Assembly (NCBI GenBank): GCA_944389265.1
Contig: CALXLS010000001.1
Coordinates: 82,359 to 146,358 of the forward strand
DNA length: 64,000 nucleotides
Direction of reading: 5' to 3'
Origin: an uncultured Alphaproteobacteria bacterium
GTDB lineage: Bacteria; Pseudomonadota; Alphaproteobacteria; Rs-D84
In this document: positions 56,459-64,000 of the stretch, piece by piece
Layout: every line of letters begins with the position of its first letter
Numbering within the stretch: the stretch's first letter is position 1
The notes under the pieces: model-generated
Seen by the model: only the letters and a program-made list of their open reading frames with translations
The model's database searches: none
Told to the model about the DNA's origin: nothing
Made by a program: the position numbers and the translations under genes

Positions 56459-57837
56459 TATCTATCATAAATAACAGGTGTTTTATTTATTGTGTAAATT
56501 CTGCCGTCATTTTCTACGTTATAATAAATATATAACACATTTGCTATATCACCTTCTTTCCATGGATTATGACCACCTATTACTTGACGCTGTGTATTAT
56601 AAGGGAAGACCGTATGAAATGTATTATCAAAGACTTTTGTGTACTGATCTTTAAAACTAGTGCTGACTATCATATTCATAATTATTATACCATTTGGGGC
56701 TATTCTTGTCTTTATACGTTCCATAAATTCAGCAGTAATTAAACCTTCTGGTATCTGATACGAATTAGAATATACGTCTAATAAAATTAAATCATACTTT
56801 TCATCAACATTTTTTAAATACTGACTTGCGTCTTGAACAATAAACTTTTTGTTATCCGACAATTTCTGCTTTAAAAAATGCTTTTCTGAAACATCTTTTA
56901 ATGTATGTTCTATATCAACAAAAGTATAATCATTAAAAGTATCCCTTAAACCTGCAGTAAAACCACCCGCACCCAAAACTAAAATTTTATACCTCTTATC
57001 ACGCGGCATTCTATAAATAAAATTATTATTTATATAATTTATGTACTCTGCCATATAACCGTGCTTCTCATCATAAACTGACATGGGCAACCCATTCATA
57101 TCTAAAATTCTTAAAGAACCAAATTCAGAAACAGAAATAGTAGAGTTTGCATTGTTTACTAATATTCCATACTTTTTACGTTGAACCTCAGAACTATTAA
57201 CTACCAAAGTTGGTATTAATATTAAAGCACAAATTAAAAACACCCACCATTTTCTGTAAGTAAATACCGCTGCAAATAAAGCCAAACATACTACCAACAT
57301 AACTGTATAATTTACACCTATGAAAGGCATTAATATCAATGTGGTTAACAAAGATCCCATAACAGAACCGATTGTATCCCATGCCATTATACTGCCGGTA
57401 TAATTCGTATTGTACTTATGCAACCATCGTGATAATAAGGTGGTATTAAAACCAAATAAAAATGGACCAATAGACAAAAATACTAATGAATAAATAAAAG
57501 TTTGAATAACACTAGATGTTATACCGTTGGCATATAACCATTTAAAATATTCCGATACTAATGGAAAACTAGACGCGGCAAAGGCAATAAATGAAATAAC
57601 GATAAAGCTTGCACATAAAATTCTTCTTATGTTTGAAGTCTTTATTTTTTCAGAAGAACCTAAAAAATACCCCAAAGACATAAAACCTAAAAATATCCCC
57701 ATTATTATACTGGTTATTACTGCACTGGAACCAACATAAAAAGACAACTGCCGTAAAATAACTAATTCTAAAGATAAACTTACATAACCATTTAAGAATA
57801 TTAAAAAAACTAACCACATGTGCAATTTACGCGTCAT
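56455..57837 (-). CDS. Membrane-anchored spermidine-synthase-like protein (polyamine aminopropyltransferase fold fused to an N-terminal polytopic domain)
   Basis: GAGGAG SD. Six or more TM helices, then YKILVLGAGGFTAGLRD…DLILLDVYS, the spermidine synthase/methyltransferase-fold motif. Confidence 0.55.
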   Translation of the reverse strand: MTRKLHMWLVFLIFLNGYVSLSLELVILRQLSFYVGSSAVITSIIMGIFLGFMSLGYFLGSSEKIKTSNIRRILCASFIVISFIAFAASSFPLVSEYFKWLYANGITSSVIQTFIYSLVFLSIGPFLFGFNTTLLSRWLHKYNTNYTGSIMAWDTIGSVMGSLLTTLILMPFIGVNYTVMLVVCLALFAAVFTYRKWWVFLICALILIPTLVVNSSEVQRKKYGILVNNANSTISVSEFGSLRILDMNGLPMSVYDEKHGYMAEYINYINNNFIYRMPRDKRYKILVLGAGGFTAGLRDTFNDYTFVDIEHTLKDVSEKHFLKQKLSDNKKFIVQDASQYLKNVDEKYDLILLDVYSNSYQIPEGLITAEFMERIKTRIAPNGIIIMNMIVSTSFKDQYTKVFDNTFHTVFPYNTQRQVIGGHNPWKEGDIANVLYIYYNVENDGRIYTINKTPVIYDRY

Positions 57838-57903
57838 ACTTTTTCTCCTCGTTAAAAGCAATGCTAATAAAAAAATAAAAACGCTTCAATAAAAGAAAAG
57901 TGT

Positions 57904-58203
57904 TTATTTAACATTCAAAAAACGAACGTCATCAAATTCTGAATAACGACAAAACATTGCCTGCGCAAAAGGACACATTGTTATAATTTTTCTGTGCTGA
58001 TTTCTTGCCAAATCAACTACATGCCTTAATAAATTTAACCCTATATTTTCATTTCTGTAATTTTCTGAAACATCAGTATGGTCTATTATTAACTTATCTT
58101 TACCAACCCTAACAAATGTAATCTCGCCGATATTATTACCATCGCACTTAGCATAAAAACCAAGACCGTCTGGAAATATATCATAAGTTATATCTTTTGC
58201 CAT
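57904..58203 (-). CDS. Small GNAT-family N-acetyltransferase (YjdC/Acetyltransf_CG-like)
   Basis: 99 aa; …GEITFVRVGKDKLIIDHTDVSENYRNENIGLNLLRHVVDLARNQHRKIITMCPF. Confidence 0.5.
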   Translation of the reverse strand: MAKDITYDIFPDGLGFYAKCDGNNIGEITFVRVGKDKLIIDHTDVSENYRNENIGLNLLRHVVDLARNQHRKIITMCPFAQAMFCRYSEFDDVRFLNVK

Positions 58204-58311
58204 GGTTCAATGCCCCCTATTTTATCTAATTATAACATATCAAAACAAACCATATAAATCGGATTCTTGTCCAAAAAGAAATGGGTCAAAAGACCCATCT
58301 TCTCTATAAAT

Positions 58312-59247
58312 CTATTTTTCTATAGAATCATAATTCTTTCTGATTATTTTAGCACTACGACGCAAAGCCGCAGCATCAGGTCCTGCCATCTTGGGCAATA
58401 AAGTCGAAATAACTCCTTCACGCCCAACAATCCTTGGCAAAGACATGGCTAATGCGGTTTTACCTGCACCTGATACACAACTAACTGTCATAACCCTTTT
58501 TTCATCATTTATTATACAACGCAATAAATCAGCAACTGCCGCACCTATTCCGTCCCATGTTGCACCACGACCTTGGATTATCTCATACGCCGCACTATGA
58601 ACACGATGACTTATTGTATTACGCGTAGTAATCGGCAATGATATTTTTGTCTGCTTACAAAAATCATCTAATTTTATACCACCTACAGCAATAGATGCCC
58701 AATCAACTACACTGCTGTCCCCATGTTCACCCAGTACATTAGCACTTATAGACTGCGTTGAAACTGATAACTGCCTTGATAAAATAGTACGCAAGCGTGC
58801 AGAATCTAACATCGTTCCAGTTCCTACAACCCTACCAACCGGTAATTTTGAAATCTTCTGTGTAAGCATTACCAAAACATCTAAAGGATTTGTCACTACA
58901 ATTATTTTCACATGTTTAGAATCTACATTCGCCATTACACGCGGTACAATATCTTTTATTACTTCAACATTCTTGTTTAATAAATCAGTTCTTGTTTCAC
59001 CCGGTTTCTGGTTTGCCCCCGCCGCAATAATAACTATTTCACTTCCACGAATTCCACGATAATTACTTACCGCAGTTATTTTGACATCAAAACCAAAACT
59101 TGCAGCATGCCCCAAATCTTCTGCTGCGGCGCGCGCACGAATACCATCTCTATCAAACAATACAATCTCGTGAACAAATCCTGTATTCTTTACAGCAGTC
59201 GCAACTGCAGAACCAACACTGCCGACACCTATAATTGCTATTTTCAT
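58312..59247 (-). CDS. ldh: L-lactate dehydrogenase (LDH/MDH superfamily; Gln at the substrate-specificity position suggests LDH)
   Basis: GGAGAGG SD. MKIAIIGVGSVGSAVA (NAD Rossmann), AAGANQKPGETRTDLL (Gln, not the Arg seen in MDH), and the catalytic …GEHGDS…. Confidence 0.6.
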   Translation of the reverse strand: MKIAIIGVGSVGSAVATAVKNTGFVHEIVLFDRDGIRARAAAEDLGHAASFGFDVKITAVSNYRGIRGSEIVIIAAGANQKPGETRTDLLNKNVEVIKDIVPRVMANVDSKHVKIIVVTNPLDVLVMLTQKISKLPVGRVVGTGTMLDSARLRTILSRQLSVSTQSISANVLGEHGDSSVVDWASIAVGGIKLDDFCKQTKISLPITTRNTISHRVHSAAYEIIQGRGATWDGIGAAVADLLRCIINDEKRVMTVSCVSGAGKTALAMSLPRIVGREGVISTLLPKMAGPDAAALRRSAKIIRKNYDSIEK

Positions 59248-59308
59248 AATATTTTCCTCTCCATAACTCGATAATATTATATCAGAAAAATAGCACAACG
59301 CTGGTATT

Positions 59309-59563
59309 TTATTTTACAGATTCTAACTCTTTTGGGAAACCCATATATTGCAATAAAGGCATAAAATGATAAATAGGTATAGCCAAAATACCTTTTTCAT
59401 ATTTTTCTAATTGTATGGCACTGACACCTATTTTTTTTGCGACATCTTCAATTGAAAGCCCTAATTTATTACGTGCATTACGTATATTTTTTCCTAAGTT
59501 TATATAAAAACTCTCTTCCCCGCGATTTATTCGCATTTCTTCTGGCACTTCTTTATCGTTCAT
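59309..59563 (-). CDS. Small HTH (XRE-family) transcriptional regulator
   Basis: LGKNIRNARNKLGLSIEDVAKKIGVSAIQLEKYEKG is a canonical HTH_3. Confidence 0.6.
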   Translation of the reverse strand: MNDKEVPEEMRINRGEESFYINLGKNIRNARNKLGLSIEDVAKKIGVSAIQLEKYEKGILAIPIYHFMPLLQYMGFPKELESVK

Positions 59564-59687
59564 TTTTATCCCTAGATTTATTTCCTAAAAAATAATAAGT
59601 CGCATTATAAGGTACAAAAAAAACAAATTCCATAGGATTTATTTCATAACCATTTAAACAAAAAAAACTGGGGTATTCCCCCAGTTA

Positions 59688-61124
59688 TTAATAAGACTTT
59701 GCCACAAACACATAAGTCGGGTCTTTATCGTCTAAGCATCGACGGGATATTTTATATTTCTCTATCAAACCGTCAAATTCTTTGTTTGTAGTCTGTTCAT
59801 ACTTTATACGGAAGAAACCTATCTCACCATTTTCTAAGGCTGATTCTAATGCCGCCAAATCCGCAACATTTTTTATCATTTTCTTATTGCGTGCTTCTGC
59901 CGCATTATACATATCAACTTGTATCTGATTTAGAATATCTTTCGCTTCTTTTATCAAATCAGCAACAGAAATTGTACGTTTAGAATCTTTACCTAAATCA
60001 CGACGAGTTATTGTCACAGTTTCAGATTCCATTTCACGCCCACCGATTTCAACACGTAATGGTACACCGCGTTTTATCCATTTCCACATTTTATCTGGTG
60101 CGCGCATATCTGAAGAATCTACAAGCACTCTAATTCCATTATCACGCAACTGTTGTCCAACTTTCTCAGCAAAAGAATCCAATTCGTCTGCGTTTTCTTC
60201 ACGAACAATTGGTATTATTACAATCTGATAAGGTGCAACAACTGGCGGTAAAACCAACCCATCATCATCAGAATGTATCAAGAATAAACCACCCATCATA
60301 CGCGTAGATGTACCCCATGAAGTTGTCCAAGCATGTTGCAATTTACCATCAGTACCCAAGAACTGTATTCCAAAAGATTTAGAGAAATGCTGACCTAAAT
60401 CATGCGACGTTCCTGCCTGCAGGGCTTTACCGTCTTGCATAATCTGTTCAACAGTATAAGTATGGTCTGCACCCGCAAAACGTTCTTCTGGTGTCTTTTC
60501 ACCCATAATAGAAGGTATTGCCAAAACATCACGCATATAATCCCCATACATCTTATGCATTTTGCGTGCATCCGCATTTGCTTCTTCATGCGTAGCAAAA
60601 ACGTTATGACCTTCTTGCCAGTTAAATTCAGAAGTACGCAAGAACAATCTTGGGCGCATTTCCCAGCGCATTACATTTACCCACTGATTTAATTTCAATG
60701 GTAAATCGCGATGACTTTGTACCCAACGTGACATCGCGTCACCAATTATTGTTTCAGAAGTCGGACGAATAATATATGGTTCCGTCAATTTAGAATCTGG
60801 GTCTGGTTGTAATTTACCATCTATCATTTTTAAACGGTGATGTGTCACAACCGCACATTCTTTCGCAAAACCTGCAACATGTTCTGCTTCTTTATTAAAG
60901 AAATCAATAGGTATCAATAAAGGAAAGTTAGCGTTCTGAACTCCGCAAGCCTTGATACGTTTATCCATTTCGTCACGCATCAATTCCCATATTGCCCAAC
61001 CATAAGGTTTAATTGTCATACAACCACGAACAGGTGAATTTTCTGCCAAATCTGCTGCAACAATTAAATTTTGATACCATTCACTAAAATTTTCCGCACG
61101 CGTCGGTGTTATCGCTGTTTTCAT
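59688..61124 (-). CDS. proS: Proline--tRNA ligase, eukaryote/archaeal-like (short) type
   Basis: FSEWYQNLIVAADLAE…GCMTIKPYGWAIWE…, class II motifs, and the C-terminal zinc-binding-domain-like end; lacks the bacterial INS domain. About 478 aa. Confidence 0.85.
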   Translation of the reverse strand: MKTAITPTRAENFSEWYQNLIVAADLAENSPVRGCMTIKPYGWAIWELMRDEMDKRIKACGVQNANFPLLIPIDFFNKEAEHVAGFAKECAVVTHHRLKMIDGKLQPDPDSKLTEPYIIRPTSETIIGDAMSRWVQSHRDLPLKLNQWVNVMRWEMRPRLFLRTSEFNWQEGHNVFATHEEANADARKMHKMYGDYMRDVLAIPSIMGEKTPEERFAGADHTYTVEQIMQDGKALQAGTSHDLGQHFSKSFGIQFLGTDGKLQHAWTTSWGTSTRMMGGLFLIHSDDDGLVLPPVVAPYQIVIIPIVREENADELDSFAEKVGQQLRDNGIRVLVDSSDMRAPDKMWKWIKRGVPLRVEIGGREMESETVTITRRDLGKDSKRTISVADLIKEAKDILNQIQVDMYNAAEARNKKMIKNVADLAALESALENGEIGFFRIKYEQTTNKEFDGLIEKYKISRRCLDDKDPTYVFVAKSY

Positions 61125-61148
61125 AATCTTAATTCTCTTTATTTTTAA

Positions 61149-61967
61149 TTATTTATCTTTTAATTCCATATATTTATCAGAAACTATTTTGTGCAGAGTT
61201 TCTGCAATCTGCTTTCTATCCATTCCCGCCAACGGCGGTGGGGGCATAACAGTTATCTCTACCCTAAAACCACCTAAAACCATAATATGAAAGACCTGAC
61301 CAAATGCACTGCGTTCGCGTGAACATGTTGGCCCCATATCCTGATTAGAATTATTAAAGTATGCAAAATGCTCTGCTAAATCCTCGTCACTGATAGGCGT
61401 ACCATCACGAAACCGATAATGCATAGCCATCGGCTGAACAACGACATCCGAATTTTCAACAAAATTAAATAATGTACTTTTAAACGGCTTTACATACGCA
61501 CCATTAGTTGTTGTTCCTTCAGGAAACAAAAACATAGGATAACGAACTTTCGATACTGTTTCTTGCACTAACTTTAATGCATCCTTGGCATGCGATGGAC
61601 GTCGGTCTACAAAAATTACCCCAAATTTTTTAGCAACCCATCCAACCAGTGGCCATGATTCCATTTCCTTTTTGGCAATAAAACTTCCACCAAACGCAAC
61701 TGGAAATGTGGCAATTTCAAAAATAGAAATATGATTTGATATAACCATTAACGGTCTATGTTCTGATAAGTTACCATGAACAGTTATTCTTATTCCTGCA
61801 AGCACCAAAAGAAAACGCATAAATATCTTCATATACCAAACAGAAGCTCGTCCACGTGGCAATAAAAATATTATTGGCAATTGTAAAACAACCAACAACC
61901 AAAAAGTCGCAAACTTTATTGCAGCACCGATGGTATTAAAGACATTCTGCTTACGAATACCTGACAT
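61149..61967 (-). CDS. olsA: Lysophospholipid acyltransferase (PlsC family), probable ornithine-lipid O-acyltransferase OlsA
   Basis: N-terminal TM segment, HX4D/E-type motif VISNHISIFE, and FPEGTT. ATGA overlap with the upstream OlsB-like gene. Confidence 0.55.
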   Translation of the reverse strand: MSGIRKQNVFNTIGAAIKFATFWLLVVLQLPIIFLLPRGRASVWYMKIFMRFLLVLAGIRITVHGNLSEHRPLMVISNHISIFEIATFPVAFGGSFIAKKEMESWPLVGWVAKKFGVIFVDRRPSHAKDALKLVQETVSKVRYPMFLFPEGTTTNGAYVKPFKSTLFNFVENSDVVVQPMAMHYRFRDGTPISDEDLAEHFAYFNNSNQDMGPTCSRERSAFGQVFHIMVLGGFRVEITVMPPPPLAGMDRKQIAETLHKIVSDKYMELKDK

Positions 61968-62926
61968 TATTCTTCACCATCTTCTGAATCTTTAGAGTCT
62001 TCTATATATTCTGCATCTGCTGCATCTTCACGCAATAAGAATTCCAGAAATGCCCGAACAACTTTGAAAGACCCTGTCACCGGGAACAACATTATCTTCC
62101 CTAATGTTTTCATTTTTCCATCTTTAACATCAAAATCTTCCAATGCATTCTCACGACCTAAGAAGTGCTTCTGATATGCCGCATCTATCTTCTTCGTCTG
62201 CAACATCACAAAAACATCATATGAATTAAAAGGCTTATCTATAAAAACACCCTTACCAAAAGTTGCCCCTAACCGCAAATACCCCTTAATCAATGGTGTC
62301 ATCTGATGACGCGCATCATTTTCATCAATAAACTCGCGCGGTAAAATGTTCATACGCGATAATTTCGGATTAACACCTTCGGCAAAGTTTTCAGATAAAA
62401 CCGTTGCCCGCAGATTTAATGGTGACAAACAATTATAATACAAATACGATATCGCTTGTGCCGATTCAACCGGTTTTGTTCCAACCCAAGATGCTACACC
62501 GAATAATATCATTATCTTGCGGCGAACAACATATTCACCCAGACCTGCCCATAGCATTCGCATTACCAATGCATTTTCACGATACTCTTTCGCAACACAT
62601 GCACGTGACATTTCTGCAATATTACCTGAATACCTTTTTATCTTAGATATATTAAATTCAGACTCTGTATAAAAACCACCCATTTTTTCTGCGGCATTTC
62701 TGTCAATAATTCTGTAAGTTCCAACTATTTTTCCATTGTGGAAAACTGCCATATATTCAGCAAATCTGTCATAAGAATCATATTCTTCACGCAGATTTTT
62801 CTGCTCTTCGGTGGCACCAGCCCCCTCTTCTTCTACAAAAACATTATAACGCAATTGACGAACTTGGCGACGTTCTTCTTTGTTACGAGTTAATCTAACT
62901 TCATAATCTCGAACTTTTATAGCCAT
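61967..62926 (-). CDS. olsB: Hemolysin-like GNAT N-acyltransferase, probable ornithine N-acyltransferase OlsB
   Basis: VRQLRYNVFVEEEGAG…DRFAEYMAVFHNGKIVGTYRII… matches the OlsB/Acetyltransf_5 N-terminal pattern. About 300 aa plus an acidic tail. Adjacent to the PlsC-like gene, as in olsBA operons. Confidence 0.5.
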   Translation of the reverse strand: MAIKVRDYEVRLTRNKEERRQVRQLRYNVFVEEEGAGATEEQKNLREEYDSYDRFAEYMAVFHNGKIVGTYRIIDRNAAEKMGGFYTESEFNISKIKRYSGNIAEMSRACVAKEYRENALVMRMLWAGLGEYVVRRKIMILFGVASWVGTKPVESAQAISYLYYNCLSPLNLRATVLSENFAEGVNPKLSRMNILPREFIDENDARHQMTPLIKGYLRLGATFGKGVFIDKPFNSYDVFVMLQTKKIDAAYQKHFLGRENALEDFDVKDGKMKTLGKIMLFPVTGSFKVVRAFLEFLLREDAADAEYIEDSKDSEDGEE

Positions 62927-63074
62927 AAAAAATCCTTTTATAATAATATAAGTTCAAGATTACCAAAGAAATCAGCCATTTTCAATTATTTTTATTTATG
63001 ACCCTGTGGAAGACTCTATTCCTATTATATTCCCCACAAATCCTTATTATAATTTCATTCCATAAGGTTTTTAT

Positions 63075-64000
63075 ATGCAATCTTTTAAAGTTTGTTTTTG
63101 TATTCCTAATATGGTCATAGGTGGTGTCGAATCTGTTTTTATACAGACTCTTGACGATATTTCAAAAAAACAAAATGCTGACATCACAGTAGTAATGCAC
63201 ACACCTCTGCAAGAACAATTTTTTATAGATTGGTTTAACAAGCATCCTCATATCAAATTATATACCATATATCCAATGGGACCAAAATTTGAAAAACTGC
63301 ATAAATATATGCACTTTTTTCCTTTATCAAACATAAGAAAAATTATTTATAGCATATATAAAAAACTAAAAAACCATGCGGCAATTCACAGCGGTTTATT
63401 TTCCAACTGTGACATAATTATTGACTATAAAAACTGCGCTTTTTTTAAATTAATGAAACTTTTACCAAATAAAAAAATTACTTGGATTCATGGTTCTATA
63501 AATTATTTTAACGAAAATAATCTTATAGAAAGAATTAATACATATGACAAAATAGTATGTATTACAAAAAGTTTTCTAAATGATTTTGCTGCGCAATACC
63601 CAAAGTACAAAAATAAAATAATACAAATATATAATCCCATAAATTATAAAGCAATAAAAGAAACTGCTAAAAAATTGTCTTCTTTACCTGAAAAATATTT
63701 TTGCACTGTATCAAGACTCGACTCAGATAAAGATATAAATACCATAATCAAAGCATTTAATATTTTTTGGCAATCTGAAAATAAACCCGAAGTAAAACTT
63801 ATAATAGTCGGTAATGGTGGACAAGCAGAAGAACTTAAAAAGTACGCTGCCACCTTAGATTGTCATGACAATATTATTTTTACAGGTTCTGTACCTGTAC
63901 CTTTTGGATATATGCGCGGTGCAATCGCACATATTTTATCCAGCAAAAATGAGGGACTGGGTATGGTGCTTTTAGAAAGTGCAGCATGCGAGACATTAAA
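63075..64000 (+). CDS. Glycosyltransferase family 4 (GT-B), 5' part; the gene continues beyond the window end
   Basis: ATG at 63075. VCFCIPNMVIGGVESVF (GT4 N-terminal Gly-rich motif) … SRLDSDKDINTII…LIIVGNGGQAEELK…FTGSVP…LSSKNEGLGMVLLESAAC (EX7E region). No stop before the window end. Confidence 0.6.
   Translation, partial: MQSFKVCFCIPNMVIGGVESVFIQTLDDISKKQNADITVVMHTPLQEQFFIDWFNKHPHIKLYTIYPMGPKFEKLHKYMHFFPLSNIRKIIYSIYKKLKNHAAIHSGLFSNCDIIIDYKNCAFFKLMKLLPNKKITWIHGSINYFNENNLIERINTYDKIVCITKSFLNDFAAQYPKYKNKIIQIYNPINYKAIKETAKKLSSLPEKYFCTVSRLDSDKDINTIIKAFNIFWQSENKPEVKLIIVGNGGQAEELKKYAATLDCHDNIIFTGSVPVPFGYMRGAIAHILSSKNEGLGMVLLESAACETL

Noticed and set aside
57904-59563. The small GNAT (57904-58203) and the small HTH regulator (59309-59563) as a toxin-antitoxin pair
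   Set aside because: They are not adjacent (ldh lies between them), so no TA-like operon structure is supported.

Overview
This 64-kb window is a chromosomal segment from an A+T-rich Gram-negative bacterium, most likely an alphaproteobacterium. The lineage guess rests on an LpxI-type lipid A enzyme, a eukaryote/archaeal-type ProRS, an olsB-olsA ornithine-lipid gene pair, Omp25/Omp31-like small outer-membrane barrels, and the N-terminus of a Rhizobiales-like HTH repressor at the window start; it is an inference, not a certainty. Most of the window is housekeeping: rumA-family methyltransferase, lpxI, priA, miaA, gap, rpmG, parC, zapA, map, holA, lptE, radC, an acyl-CoA ligase, nrdDG with NrdR boxes, lgt, α2-type glyQS, ferredoxin, a U32 peptidase, cvpA, sodB, ldh, proS and olsBA. 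Five tRNA genes are recognisable (Asp-GTC, Glu-TTC, Leu-TAG, Ser-TGA, Thr-TGT). Accessory-looking content is:
- a complete SCPU/Csu-type chaperone-usher pilus operon and an oleate hydratase;
- a very A+T-rich insert between priA and miaA carrying a kinase-like gene and a basic protein;
- two paralogous proteins that share an unassigned C-terminal domain and flank the zapA locus, together with an acidic disordered protein and small membrane proteins;
- a cysteine-repeat secreted protein;
- a ~5-kb phage/mobile-element remnant next to tRNA-Ser (HNH endonuclease, small FtsK-like ATPase, NDT-like protein, GH24 lysozyme, DUF2130 protein), with a 14-bp duplication of the tRNA 3' end;
- a cluster of surface/outer-membrane proteins.
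The most unusual single observation is that nrdD is interrupted. An in-frame TAA separates the catalytic body and zinc ribbon from the glycyl-radical loop, and that loop is encoded by a separate 62-codon ORF with its own ATG, 14 codons downstream in the same frame. No CRISPR array, transposase or integrase gene was seen.
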